Below are positions 29,509-39,084 of a stretch of DNA of 64,000 nt, piece by piece (within the stretch, counting starts at the first letter, position 1; each line of letters starts with the position of its first letter). Source of the DNA: an uncultured Chloroflexia bacterium (GTDB lineage Bacteria > Chloroflexota > Limnocylindria > Limnocylindrales > CSP1-4). The position numbers were made by a program, and so were the translations under genes. Where the stretch lies: NCBI GenBank assembly GCA_963813535.1, contig CAWEZH010000002.1, positions 704,001-768,000 of the forward strand. Direction: 5' to 3'. The notes beneath the pieces are model-generated. The model had not been told where the DNA came from. It did not search any database and worked only from the letters and a program-made list of their open reading frames with translations.

Positions 29509-31062
29509 GGCGCTTCCCACGCCAGCCCGGCGAAGCGCACGGAACCGAGGCCGTTCTGTCCGGCGCCGAGGAGCCCGTCCTTCGCCAGGGCCCAGCCGGT
29601 GCCGTAGCTCATCGCGACCACCGGAACGTCGCGCTTGACGACATCCTCGGCCCGATCGAACGCGGCTCGTGCCGCGGCCTCGTCCGACGATGCACCCGCG
29701 TCGGCGATCGCGGCATCGAAATCGGGCGAGCTCCAGCTCCCGTAGTTGTTGGCGGAACCCGACCGGAGGAGCACGCCGAGGAAATCGTTCCGGCCGGGAT
29801 AATCGGCGACCCACGAGAGGAACCACATCTGCGGTGGATCCGTGTCGAGGCGGTCGAAGTACGACCCGAAGTCCATCGTCTCCTGGTCGATCGCGACGCC
29901 GAGCTCCCGCTCGAGCTCGGCGACCACGGCTTCGTCATACGGACTGCCGCCCGTCACCAGCGTCACCGGCGGGAAGCCCCGGCCGTTGCGGTAGCCCGCC
30001 TCGGCAAGGAGCGCGCGAGCGCCATCCGGGTCGTGATCCGGCAGGCGATCGGCATCGCTGCGGTCCGGGATCCCCGGCGGAACCATCGATGTCGCCACGG
30101 CCGCCGGGTCGTCGACCGCAAGCCGGGCGATGCGGCGCCAATCGACCGCCGCGCCGAACGCTCGGCGCACGCGCACGTCGTCGAACGGTGGCTCGATGGT
30201 GTCGAAGCCGTAGTAGTCGGTCGACATCGCGGGCGTCGTTCGCAGCCGGGGTCCGAGCGTCGCGTCGTAGGCGATCCATGAGGCGTCGGAGCTGCCGATC
30301 GGTGCGTAATCGAGGTCGCCGGCCTCGAACTCGTCGACCGGGCTCGCACCGCCGAGCCCGGTCACGACCGTGACCGTGCCGATCGCCGGCGGACCGGCCC
30401 AATACTCCTGATTCGCCTCGAGCGTCATGGTGTCGGCGTCCTCGGAGGCGAGTCGGTACCCGCCGCTCGCCACGAACCCGTCGCCGGCGCTCAACGCGTC
30501 GGATCGGTCGATGCCCACCGGGACGACGGCCAATGTCGGGCTCGCGGCGATGGCCGGGAAGTCGGCGGCACGCTCGGTCGAGCTCGACGACGATCTCGTT
30601 CGTCCCGTCGTCCGCGGTCAGCCCGACGTCGCTCGTCGAGCCCTCACCGTCGGCGTACGCCGTCGCGCCGCGCACATCGGCCAGCAACGAGGCAAGGGGC
30701 GAGGGTGACGCCGGGTCGATGACGCGGAACCAGCTCCGCAGGACATCGGTAGCGTGCAGGGGCGATCCGTCGCTGAAGCGCAGGTCGGGGCGCAAGCGGA
30801 AGACGACGCGCCGCCCGTCATCCTCGACGCGCCACGACTCGGCGAGTGCCGGCCTCAGCTCGAGTGACTCGTCGAACGTCGTGAGCGTCTCGAATAGCTG
30901 CGAGACGATCGCCGAGCTCTGCGCGTCACCGGTCCGTGCCGGATCCAGATCCGACGGCGCCTCGAGGGCGATGCGGACGGAGCCCTCGGCGGCGCCAGCC
31001 GGTCGCCCTCCGCAGGCGCCGACGAACAGGCAGATGAGTAGAAGGGACACCCGGCGCCGCAT
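29505..31062 (-). CDS. Peptide ABC transporter substrate-binding lipoprotein (family 5), frameshift ~30570
   Basis: Lipobox VGAC, LFETL, PALAESW, FSDG.P, PPFDDVRVRRAF, W.ADYP. Confidence 0.85.
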
Positions 31063-31142
31063 CGGCCGGAGTATACGGGCGGTACCCATCTGGGCCCTGT
31101 GAGCCGTCCGGGATCTGCACCGCGGGCCTCTACGATGTCGGT

Positions 31143-32681
31143 ATGACGTTGCGCATCCGGAACACACTGACGCGGTCGGTGGAGGCGGTCGAGCCGCTCG
31201 AACCCGGCCGCGTGCGGATGTACACGTGCGGCCCGACCGTATACCGCTTCGCGCACGTCGGGAACCTGCGCTCGAACCTGCTGGCCGACCTCATCCGACG
31301 CGTGCTGCTGTACCACGGCATCGAGGTGTTCCACGTCAAGAACATCACCGACGTCGGACACCTGCGCGAGGACGAGTTCGACCGCGGCGAGGACCGGATG
31401 CTGGTGCAGGCCGGTCTCGAGCACAAGTCGACGGCCGAGATCGCCGATGCGTACGAGGCGGCGTTCCATGCCGACGAAGCCCTCGTCAACATCCTGCCGG
31501 CACACGTCTTCCCACGGGCGACCGAGCACATCGACGAGATGATCCAACTCGCGGAAGAGCTCGAGGACCTCGGACACGCCTATGCCTCCGAGATCGGCAA
31601 CGTGTACTACGCGGTCGGCTCCTTCGACGGTTACGGCAGCCTGTCTGGCAACTCCCTGGCGGACCTGCGGGCCGGTCACCGCGGTGAGGTCGAACCCGAC
31701 AAGCGCGACCCGGCCGATTTCGCGCTCTGGAAGGGCGCCGGCCCTCGCCGCTCCCTGAAGTGGCCGACCCCGCGGTGGGGCGACGGCTTCCCCGGCTGGC
31801 ACCTCGAATGCTCGGCCATGGCTCGGCGCTACCTCGGTGACCGGTTCGACCTGCACACCGGCGGCATCGACAACATCTTCCCCCACCACGAGGACGAGAT
31901 CGCCCAGTCGGCGCCGCTCGTCGGCGGTCCGCCCGCCCGCGTGTGGGTCCACGGCGAGCATCTCCTGATGGCCGGCCGGAAGATGGCGAAGTCGGCCGGC
32001 AACTTCCAGCGGGTCACGGAGCTGATCGACGAGGGCATCGACCCGCTCGCGTTTCGCTACCTCGTCCTGACCTCACGCTACGGCCACAAGCTGAACTACT
32101 CCGACGAGTCGATCGGCGCCGCGTCGTCCGCATTGGCGTCGCTCCGCGGCCGGCTCGCGGCCTTGGGTCCGCCACCCGAGACCGGGCCCTGGACGGCGCC
32201 CGCCGTCCTGACCGCGGGGTCGGCCGGCGACCGGCCGGCGGGCTCGGCGAGCGGGCCGAGCGGCTTCGGCGGCGCGGACTACGTGCGCGCCGATCGAGCC
32301 CACGCGCCGTCCGCCCGGCTGTCGACCGACGGTAGCGCGTTCCACGATCGATTCGTGGACGCGCTCGACGACGATCTCGATCTTCCCGCTGCGCTCGTGA
32401 CGATCCGCGAGGTCCTGCGAGCCGACCTGCCCGCCGATGAGCGCCGCTGGCTCGTCCTGGACGCGGACGCCGTGCTCGGACTCGATCTCCATCGCGTCTG
32501 GGAAACCTCGGACGACGTCGTCGAGGTGCCGGCCGAGGTCAGCGCCCTCGTCGCCGAGCGTGACGGCGCGCGACGAGCGCACGACTACGCCCGGGCTGAT
32601 GCCCTTCGGGACGAGATCGGGGCGGCGGGCTTCGACGTCATCGACGACGCCTCGGGTTCGACCGTCCGTCCGCGCCGCTAG
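31143..32681 (+). CDS. cysS: Cysteine--tRNA ligase
   Basis: CGPTVY, HVGN, NITDV, PGWHLECS, FPHHEDEIAQ, KMAKS. Confidence 0.96.
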   Translation: MTLRIRNTLTRSVEAVEPLEPGRVRMYTCGPTVYRFAHVGNLRSNLLADLIRRVLLYHGIEVFHVKNITDVGHLREDEFDRGEDRMLVQAGLEHKSTAEIADAYEAAFHADEALVNILPAHVFPRATEHIDEMIQLAEELEDLGHAYASEIGNVYYAVGSFDGYGSLSGNSLADLRAGHRGEVEPDKRDPADFALWKGAGPRRSLKWPTPRWGDGFPGWHLECSAMARRYLGDRFDLHTGGIDNIFPHHEDEIAQSAPLVGGPPARVWVHGEHLLMAGRKMAKSAGNFQRVTELIDEGIDPLAFRYLVLTSRYGHKLNYSDESIGAASSALASLRGRLAALGPPPETGPWTAPAVLTAGSAGDRPAGSASGPSGFGGADYVRADRAHAPSARLSTDGSAFHDRFVDALDDDLDLPAALVTIREVLRADLPADERRWLVLDADAVLGLDLHRVWETSDDVVEVPAEVSALVAERDGARRAHDYARADALRDEIGAAGFDVIDDASGSTVRPRR

Positions 32682-33031
32682 GCGCCCCACCAGTACCGGA
32701 TGTTCCGACCGTCGTCGCGCTTCCATGCGATCGCGGCCCGAGCCAGGTCCCGCCACGCGTCGTCTTCGGTCGTGCCCCGTCCCTCCAGGAGGGTCCGGCC
32801 ACCGTCGACGAGGCCGACGGCCACGATGTGCGCCGGCGGACCGGCGTCGACCGACTCGACCAGGATGCCGACGCCGAGGAGTTCGGCCAGTTGTGCGATC
32901 GCGCCGGGGCCGGGCGGCGGGATCCGGCGTCGGGTCGCTGCGCGCCGCGACCGAGCCACCGGCCGGATCGCCAGCAGGATGACCACGGCCACGATCGCGA
33001 CGACGATCGGCACCGAGGCATCGTTGATCAC
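32678..33031 (-). CDS. Hypothetical single-TM protein
   Basis: GTGA overlap with the upstream gene; N-terminal TM. Confidence 0.65.
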   Translation of the reverse strand: MINDASVPIVVAIVAVVILLAIRPVARSRRAATRRRIPPPGPGAIAQLAELLGVGILVESVDAGPPAHIVAVGLVDGGRTLLEGRGTTEDDAWRDLARAAIAWKRDDGRNIRYWWGA

Positions 33032-33996
33032 GTCCCGTCTCGCTCGCTGACCAGGAGGTCGCGCCGCGACCCGAACCGGTCGATGATCCGGTAGAAGTTG
33101 CGCTTCGACTGCCGCGTCCGTTCCTCGTCGGGCAGGCTCGCCCAGCCGCGATGCTCGTGGCGGACGGCCGGGACGTCGGGAACGCGGACGGCACGCCGAG
33201 ACGTGCTCCCCTCCCCTTCATCGCGAAGGGCGAGGCTCCACCAGATGTCGAGGTTCCGGTAGAAACGGAACCGCTCGTCCAGTGGGCCCCGGTCGGCGGC
33301 GTCTGCCCGGCGGAAGGCCATGAGGTATCCCTCGATCGCATCGACGTCGCCCGCCGGCGCGTCCTCGAACGTGCGGAGATCGCGCGAGGTGATGCCCCAG
33401 CCGCCGGCAACAGCGACGGACTGGTCGTCCAGGGCCCGAGCCAGCGGCGTGATGACGTCGCCGGTCGGTTCCACGCTCGTGTCCATCAGCACGACCATCG
33501 GAGCACTCGCCCGACGGATACCGATGTTCGTTGCAGCGCCCTGTCCGAGCCGCTCGGTGGTCCACGTGACGTCGACATCGTCGGTGTCGCGATCGAGGGC
33601 CTCGAGCGCCGCGGCCTGCTCATCCGAGGGAGCGTCCGCGACGACGACGATGGACGTACCCGCAGGCGATGTCGCGCGGACCGCATCCACCGCCCGCTGG
33701 ACATCCGACGGCCAGTCCGTGGCCACCAGGAGCACGCTGGCCACGCCGACCGGCGGCTCCTCGAGACGTGATGGCACGTTGCGCGACGCCCCGAAACGGA
33801 GCCGGCTCCCCTCCTCCACGTCCGGTGGAGCGGCGGGTGACAGCGCGAAGTCCGTGCCACGGTCGACGACCGTCCAGCCGGCGGACTCGATCTCGGCACG
33901 GAGGCGGTCGGCCGTCGCCCAGTCGCGCTCGGCGCGTGCCTTCGCTCGCTCGTGCGCGGCCGTGAGGACCTCCTCCGGGATCCGCTGGCGCGTCAT
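33028..33996 (-). CDS. GT2-family glycosyltransferase fused to a CysRS C-terminal-like domain
   Basis: N-terminal ER..AR...DW..AD.LR.EI...GW.V.D, then a GT-A fold (IVVVAD, LG.GAA.N.G, DAIEGY.MAFRR, FY..LD). Confidence 0.8.
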   Translation of the reverse strand: MTRQRIPEEVLTAAHERAKARAERDWATADRLRAEIESAGWTVVDRGTDFALSPAAPPDVEEGSRLRFGASRNVPSRLEEPPVGVASVLLVATDWPSDVQRAVDAVRATSPAGTSIVVVADAPSDEQAAALEALDRDTDDVDVTWTTERLGQGAATNIGIRRASAPMVVLMDTSVEPTGDVITPLARALDDQSVAVAGGWGITSRDLRTFEDAPAGDVDAIEGYLMAFRRADAADRGPLDERFRFYRNLDIWWSLALRDEGEGSTSRRAVRVPDVPAVRHEHRGWASLPDEERTRQSKRNFYRIIDRFGSRRDLLVSERDGT

Positions 33997-34014
33997 GGGC
34001 GCGTGATCGTCGCG

Positions 34015-34719
34015 TCAGCCGCTTCGACGCGCGAGGGTGAGGTAGTAGAGCAGCGTCAGGATCGCCGTCACGGCGGCGGCAAGGTAGGTCAGGGCTGCCG
34101 CCGTCAGCATCGACTTGGCCCCATCCCGCTCTTGAGGAGTCGTGATGACACCCGTCGATCCCAGCATCGCCAGCGCCTTCTGGCTCGCCTGGATCTCGAC
34201 GGGAAGGGTCAGGACGGAGAACAGCACCGCAAGCCCGAACAGCAGGATGCCGAGCGTCAGCAGCCCGGTCATGTTCAGGATGATCCCGCCGATGATGAAG
34301 ATGTAGGCCACGCTGGGGCCGACGCTGACGGCCGGGACGAGCACCGAGCGGAGCTGCATCAACGCGCTGCCCTCGGCGACCTGCGCCGCATGGCCCACCT
34401 CGTGAGCGGCGATGGCCATGGCCGCGACCGACGGCTGCGTCGCGACCGCTTGCGAGAGGCCGAGTGACCGGTCGCGCGGATCGTAATGGTCCGATAGCTC
34501 GCCGGGCACGACCTTGATCTCCGTGATCGCCTCGGTGCCCGGCCTGTCGCCGAACGTCGCGTGCGAGCGCAGGTGCGCGGCGACCTCGGCACCGGTCAGG
34601 CCGGCTGCGTTCGGGACTCGGCTCCACCGCCCGTACGTCGAGCGGATGTAGAGCTGCGCGCCGCCCGAGATGACGAGCGTCGCGATGATGACCAGGAGGT
34701 AGAGCGGATCGAAGAACAC
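34015..34719 (-). CDS. Membrane zinc metallopeptidase (Zn_peptidase_2/YugP-like)
   Basis: GELSDHYDP, AAHEVGHA.Q, TLPVE..AS, AALTY. Confidence 0.92.
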   Translation of the reverse strand: MFFDPLYLLVIIATLVISGGAQLYIRSTYGRWSRVPNAAGLTGAEVAAHLRSHATFGDRPGTEAITEIKVVPGELSDHYDPRDRSLGLSQAVATQPSVAAMAIAAHEVGHAAQVAEGSALMQLRSVLVPAVSVGPSVAYIFIIGGIILNMTGLLTLGILLFGLAVLFSVLTLPVEIQASQKALAMLGSTGVITTPQERDGAKSMLTAAALTYLAAAVTAILTLLYYLTLARRSG

Positions 34720-34850
34720 GGGAGACTCCAGGGTGTGTGGCGATGCTCACATCGTATGACGTCGTTCGTGAAGCATCGATAGCGGCAATATCAAGAACAT
34801 CCAACTATCGCGGATGCGACGTTCGCGGTCGACTCCCGAGGGATGGGCGG

Positions 34851-35069
34851 TCAATCCGGTGGCTGCTCCCCTGCGGCGACCTTGGCCACGATCCAGCGGA
34901 TACCGTCCTCCCACGAGTCGGCGCTCGGTTCGAGTCCGCGCCGGTCCGCCTCCGCTTCCCAGGCGTCGCACCAGCGACTGACGGCGAAGCCAGGGACCTG
35001 CATCGACAGCAGGCGGGCCTTCGTGAGCATCCGCAGGGCCGTCTCGAGTCGATCCTGACCGTCCGACAT
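34851..35069 (-). CDS. Small hypothetical protein (72 aa)
   Basis: GC3-biased frame; TACCAT -10 seven nt before ATG. Confidence 0.6.
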   Translation of the reverse strand: MSDGQDRLETALRMLTKARLLSMQVPGFAVSRWCDAWEAEADRRGLEPSADSWEDGIRWIVAKVAAGEQPPD

Positions 35070-35131
35070 CCCAGCGATGGTACGTCGAGGCGTTAGGCTC
35101 GGCGGAGGCTCATGGCGTTGAAGGAGGGACG

Positions 35132-35593
35132 ATGAACGCCGTCGACATGCTGATGTACGGCCAGCGAACCGTCCGAGCGACGATCGACCGGTATGGACCG
35201 GCCGATTGGGATCGGATCGCGCTGGGCGTATGGACCGCCAAGGACCTGCTCGGTCATCTCGGGGCGTTCGAGGTCCGTTTCGCGGACCAGCTGGCCCCAT
35301 TCGTCGGTGCACCGACCGAGAGCGAGCTGCCGTCGGCCGACCCGAGCACGTTCAACGACGACCAGGCGGCGATCCGCAAGGATTGGCCGGTGGCCGAGGT
35401 CCTCGCCGAGTTCCTCGATGCACACGAACGCGTCATGCGCCACGCGCGAGGCATCGAGCCCGAGGTGTGGCGGCAGGTCGGGACCATCCCGTGGTACGGC
35501 CCCGACTACTCCCTCGACGATCTTCTCGTCTACCAGATGTACGGCCACAAGCGGGAGCACGATCCACAGTTGAGCGCCGCGCTCGAGCGCTGA
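35132..35593 (+). CDS. DinB/DfsB-like four-helix bundle protein
   Basis: WTAKDLLGHL, H.REH; SD AAGGAGG. Confidence 0.8.
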   Translation: MNAVDMLMYGQRTVRATIDRYGPADWDRIALGVWTAKDLLGHLGAFEVRFADQLAPFVGAPTESELPSADPSTFNDDQAAIRKDWPVAEVLAEFLDAHERVMRHARGIEPEVWRQVGTIPWYGPDYSLDDLLVYQMYGHKREHDPQLSAALER

Positions 35594-35611
35594 AGAGGTC
35601 GACGGCCGGGA

Positions 35612-36064
35612 CTAGGTCGTGACCGGTGCCCCTGGGACCTGACCGGCCTCCAGGCGCGCGAGCGCGTCGATGATGGCCCTGGACACATCGGGAGTCGCCG
35701 CGGCCGGCAGATCGAGGCGGATCGCCGCGGATTCGGTGAGCATCGGGTTGTAGGCGCCGGCGTTTCCCGCAAGCGTGCGGAAATCGGTGCGGACGAGGAC
35801 GACGGGCTTCTTGCACCCGAACGCGTAGCCGACCTCCCAGCACGTGCCGGAATCCGGATCCGGGCCATCCATGATCGCCACCAGGCCGTCGGCCCAGTCG
35901 ATGCCGCCGACGTCGACGGCGAAGATGCCCGCGGCGTCCTTGCCGGGCTCCTGCTCCTGCGGCAGGAAGATCTCATGGCCCGCGTCACGCAGGGCGGCCA
36001 CGACCTCCGCATTCCAGGCTCGCTCGGGGGTCGTGAACAGCGGACCGGCGAAGTACAGCTTCAT
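35612..36064 (-). CDS. Nucleoside 2-deoxyribosyltransferase family
   Basis: LYFAGPLF, FLPQE, DSGT.WEVGYA, NPML. Confidence 0.88.
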   Translation of the reverse strand: MKLYFAGPLFTTPERAWNAEVVAALRDAGHEIFLPQEQEPGKDAAGIFAVDVGGIDWADGLVAIMDGPDPDSGTCWEVGYAFGCKKPVVLVRTDFRTLAGNAGAYNPMLTESAAIRLDLPAAATPDVSRAIIDALARLEAGQVPGAPVTT

Positions 36065-36105
36065 GTCCCGAGTATCGCGGAGGGGATGTCGGCCCGCTGG
36101 GCCGC

Positions 36106-36775
36106 TCAGGCTCCTCCGAGTCGGTCCCGCAGGAAGGCGACCGTCCGCTCGAACGCGAGCTCCGCGGCTTCGGGCTTGTATGCGTCGCGCGACGGCTCGG
36201 CGAACCAGTGCCCGGTGCCCGGATAGCGGTACGTCGTGATCTCACGACCCGCGTCGCGGAACCCCGCCTCGAGCTGGCTCACCTCGTCGTCCGTCGTGAA
36301 CGGATCCTCCTCGGCGAAGTGGCCGATGAGCGGCGCCTTCGACCGCTTGAGGAAGTCGTCGGCCCAGGCGCCGTAGTAGACGACCGTCGCGATGACCCGG
36401 TCCCGCTCTGATGGAGCCCAGATCGCGTACGCGGCACCGAACGACCAGCCGAGCGTGGCCAGCGGCGCGTCCGGCCCGAGCTCCTCGGCGAAGCCGATCC
36501 ACGGCGGCGAACGAGATGGAATCGGCGCCACCGGCGTCGCCCTCAGCCGAGAGCCGTTCGGCGTCCTCGACCTCGGTGGCGACCTGGCCGCGGAACATGT
36601 CCGGTGCGATCACGGCGAACCCGGCGTCCGCCAGACGATCCGCGTAGGCGATCACGTCGTCGTTCAGGCCCCACCACGCGTGCAGGACGACGACGCCGGC
36701 GCGTGCCCCGTCGGGGATCCGCAGGTATGCACGCGCCGTCGTGTCGCCGACGGCGATCTGGGTGAAGTCGGTCAT
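36106..36775 (-). CDS. Dienelactone hydrolase family, frameshift ~36491
   Basis: HAWWGLN, APDMF.G, GWSFG, YYG, GHFAE.D, YPGTGHWF. Confidence 0.85.
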
Positions 36776-36792
36776 GGCGCTCCTCGGTGGAC

Positions 36793-37549
36793 CTACGGTC
36801 TGGACGGAAGTGCTGGCAAACCGCTGGGCGTCTGATCGGGGGATGCAGGGCCATGGGCGCCCTCCGCATCCTCCGGCACGCTCGGCGCCGATACGGCGCG
36901 GTCCTCTGCCAGCGCCAGCTGGCCGCGTGGTGACAGGGCGTAGACGCCACGGCCCACGCGTTCGAACCAGCCGTAGACGTTGGTCTGGAGGATGCGGGCG
37001 GCGTGCGGCACGTCACCGCGCCCGGCGGATGTCGCGGATCGGGGCTTGACCGGCCTCGAGCCGTGCGGCACAACGGAGCGCCTCCTGCCGATACGCGGTC
37101 ATGATCGGGCGGCGGACCGAGCCACCGACGCTCGGATCGCCGACCCGCCGCCGATGCTCGTCGAGGAGCCGACCGGCTCGGCGTCGGTTCTTGCGAGGCG
37201 CATACGGCAGTGGGTCGAGCAGGACCTCGGCACGGCCGTGCGTGACAACGATGAGACCGAGACCCACGCGCCGGCACAGCCGACGCACGTTGGCGAGCCG
37301 ACGTGGCCAGGCGCCGACGGCGAGGTACACGGCATCGGTGAGGGCCAGCCGGTCGATGCCTTGGATGACCAGGTCGAGTCCGAACTTCCGCTTCAGTTCG
37401 ACGATGACCGGCGGTTCGTCACCACGGACCGCGACGACGTCGCAGCCGACGATCTCACCCTTGACGTCGTATCCCTGGGCTTCGAGCAGTGCCTTCACCG
37501 GCCCGTACAGCTCGACTTCCGGCGGGGACGCGGATCGCGGCGAGCTCAC
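36793..37549 (-). CDS. DUF2161 family putative PD-(D/E)XK phosphodiesterase, frameshift ~37019
   Basis: ELY.PVK..L..QGY.VKGEI..CD, ELK, LCRR.GLG, MTAYRQ.AL, N.YGWFER. Confidence 0.85.
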
Positions 37550-37606
37550 GCGGTAACCATGCCACGTCGGGCTGCTGCGAAGTCGAGCGTGAACGACTTG
37601 GTCCGA

Positions 37607-38209
37607 TCACCCGACGAGCACGGACCTGTCCCTGGGCTGTCGGCCGATGTAGGCCAGGAACCGGTCCTCAGGGCCGGCGTCACCGGAGACGGCGATCTCG
37701 GGCGGGAAGATCCCCATCTTTCGAAGGAGGTCGCCATTCTGCGTCGCGATCGCGTGGATCGCGTGGATCGTCTCGTCGGGCACATTCGGCTCGAGGCCGG
37801 TCAGAGCCGCGGCATCGTAGAGGGCCATCGTCCGGTTGAGCGAGATGTCGGACAGGTAGCCACTGGCTGGGACGTCCGCGTATGACATGTGGACGGTCCG
37901 ATCGAGATCGGCGTGGGCACGGACGGATGCGTTGGCCTCGGAGGCGAGGCGCTCATAGTTGCCTGCCAGATCGTTGCCGAGCAGGTCGCCATCGAACTCC
38001 GGGTTCGTCGTCAGTCCCGTCTCGCCTGCGAGCACCTTCGGGACGCACAGGTTCTCGTAGGCCATCAGGTTCAGTGAGGTGCGAAGCGTCTGGCCGTCGT
38101 GGAAGCGCGAATACGAAGCAACTGGGAGCGCCAGATGTTCCGGCCGGACGCGCAGGACCAGGTCGGTCAGGGCGCTGTTCGCGGCGAGGAAGGTGTCTTT
38201 GATGTCCAT
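37607..38209 (-). CDS. TIGR03086/MDMPI-like protein
   Basis: Overall motif pattern incl. LDRTVH.SY and DR.LAY.GR. Confidence 0.6.
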   Translation of the reverse strand: MDIKDTFLAANSALTDLVLRVRPEHLALPVASYSRFHDGQTLRTSLNLMAYENLCVPKVLAGETGLTTNPEFDGDLLGNDLAGNYERLASEANASVRAHADLDRTVHMSYADVPASGYLSDISLNRTMALYDAAALTGLEPNVPDETIHAIHAIATQNGDLLRKMGIFPPEIAVSGDAGPEDRFLAYIGRQPRDRSVLVG

Positions 38210-38289
38210 CGTCGTAGCGTGATGGTCGCACCGTTGCGGGCGCATAAAGCGGATCACGGATCGGTCGATGACGACGCCTGCCTCGGGTG

Positions 38290-38365
38290 TGGCGCCCCCG
38301 GACGGATTCGAACCGCCGACGCAGGCCTTAGGACGGCCTCGCTCTATCCACTGAGCTACGGGGGC
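38290..38365 (-). tRNA. tRNA-Arg(CCT)
   Basis: GCCCCCG TA GCTCAGTGGATAGAGC G AGGCC GT CCT AA GGCCT...TTCGAAT...GCCA. Confidence 0.95.
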
Positions 38366-38709
38366 GTGGTCGACATCGTACTCCGAGGGATTCGTGGCGA
38401 CTGGGTCTCCCGCGAGATGGTCGCCCACGTCCGATCCTGGCCATACGTGCATGAGGCACACCTTGGGGCCGGTTTCATGCCGATGACGCCCCATCGGACC
38501 GCATCCATGGAGCGATCCGTGCAGGGCTGAGCGTGAAACCGACCCCGACCCCGGCGCGAAATCAGCCGCTACGGGCGGCCGAAGGTGCACAGGGTGCACG
38601 CAAGGCACAACCGGGCTGGGCCGGGGCCTCGGCACAGGGCTCCCTCGGGGCGCCGGAACTGCCCTGACCAAACGGGGAACCGCCACGCCACGCCCGCCGT
38701 CACCAACCC

Positions 38710-38737
38710 AAGCCGTCGCGCCTCCCTGCGACGGCTT
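38710..38737. terminator. GC-rich hairpin in the tRNA-Arg/glutaredoxin intergenic region
   Basis: AAGCCGTCGC / GCGACGGCTT inverted repeat. Confidence 0.45.
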
Positions 38738-38784
38738 GCTCTCATCCGGGTCCAGAGGCGCTCGCCCCTACAATCAGGCACACG

Positions 38785-39084
38785 ATGGCCGACACTCCCC
38801 TCCCCGATCTCATCCTGTACGGCCGTCCCGAGTGCTCCCTGTGCGATGAGGCTCGCGCGCTCCTCCACGCGATCCTCGACGAGCGCGCGCGCAACGGCCT
38901 GTCGACGCCGACCATGATCGAGCTCGACATCGAGGCCGACGACGAGCTCCAGCGGGCCTTCTTTGCGACGATCCCGGTCGTGGAGCTTGGCGATCGCCGC
39001 CTCGAGCTCGCGACGAGCGCGGCCAAGCTCCGACGACTCCTCGCCGAGGTCCTGGACGGGAGCCCGCAGACCGCCTCCGCATGA
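38785..39084 (+). CDS. Glutaredoxin-like protein (DUF836)
   Basis: LYGRPECSLCDEA, IPVV; TACAAT -10 upstream. Confidence 0.85.
   Translation: MADTPLPDLILYGRPECSLCDEARALLHAILDERARNGLSTPTMIELDIEADDELQRAFFATIPVVELGDRRLELATSAAKLRRLLAEVLDGSPQTASA

Noticed and set aside
31143-32681. Mycothiol ligase MshC instead of CysRS
   Set aside because: Has CGPTVY and a full C-terminal anticodon-binding domain, consistent with CysRS
34851-38290. Integrative element at the 3' end of tRNA-Arg
   Set aside because: No integrase and no duplicated tRNA 3' end found; the genes are common accessory enzymes
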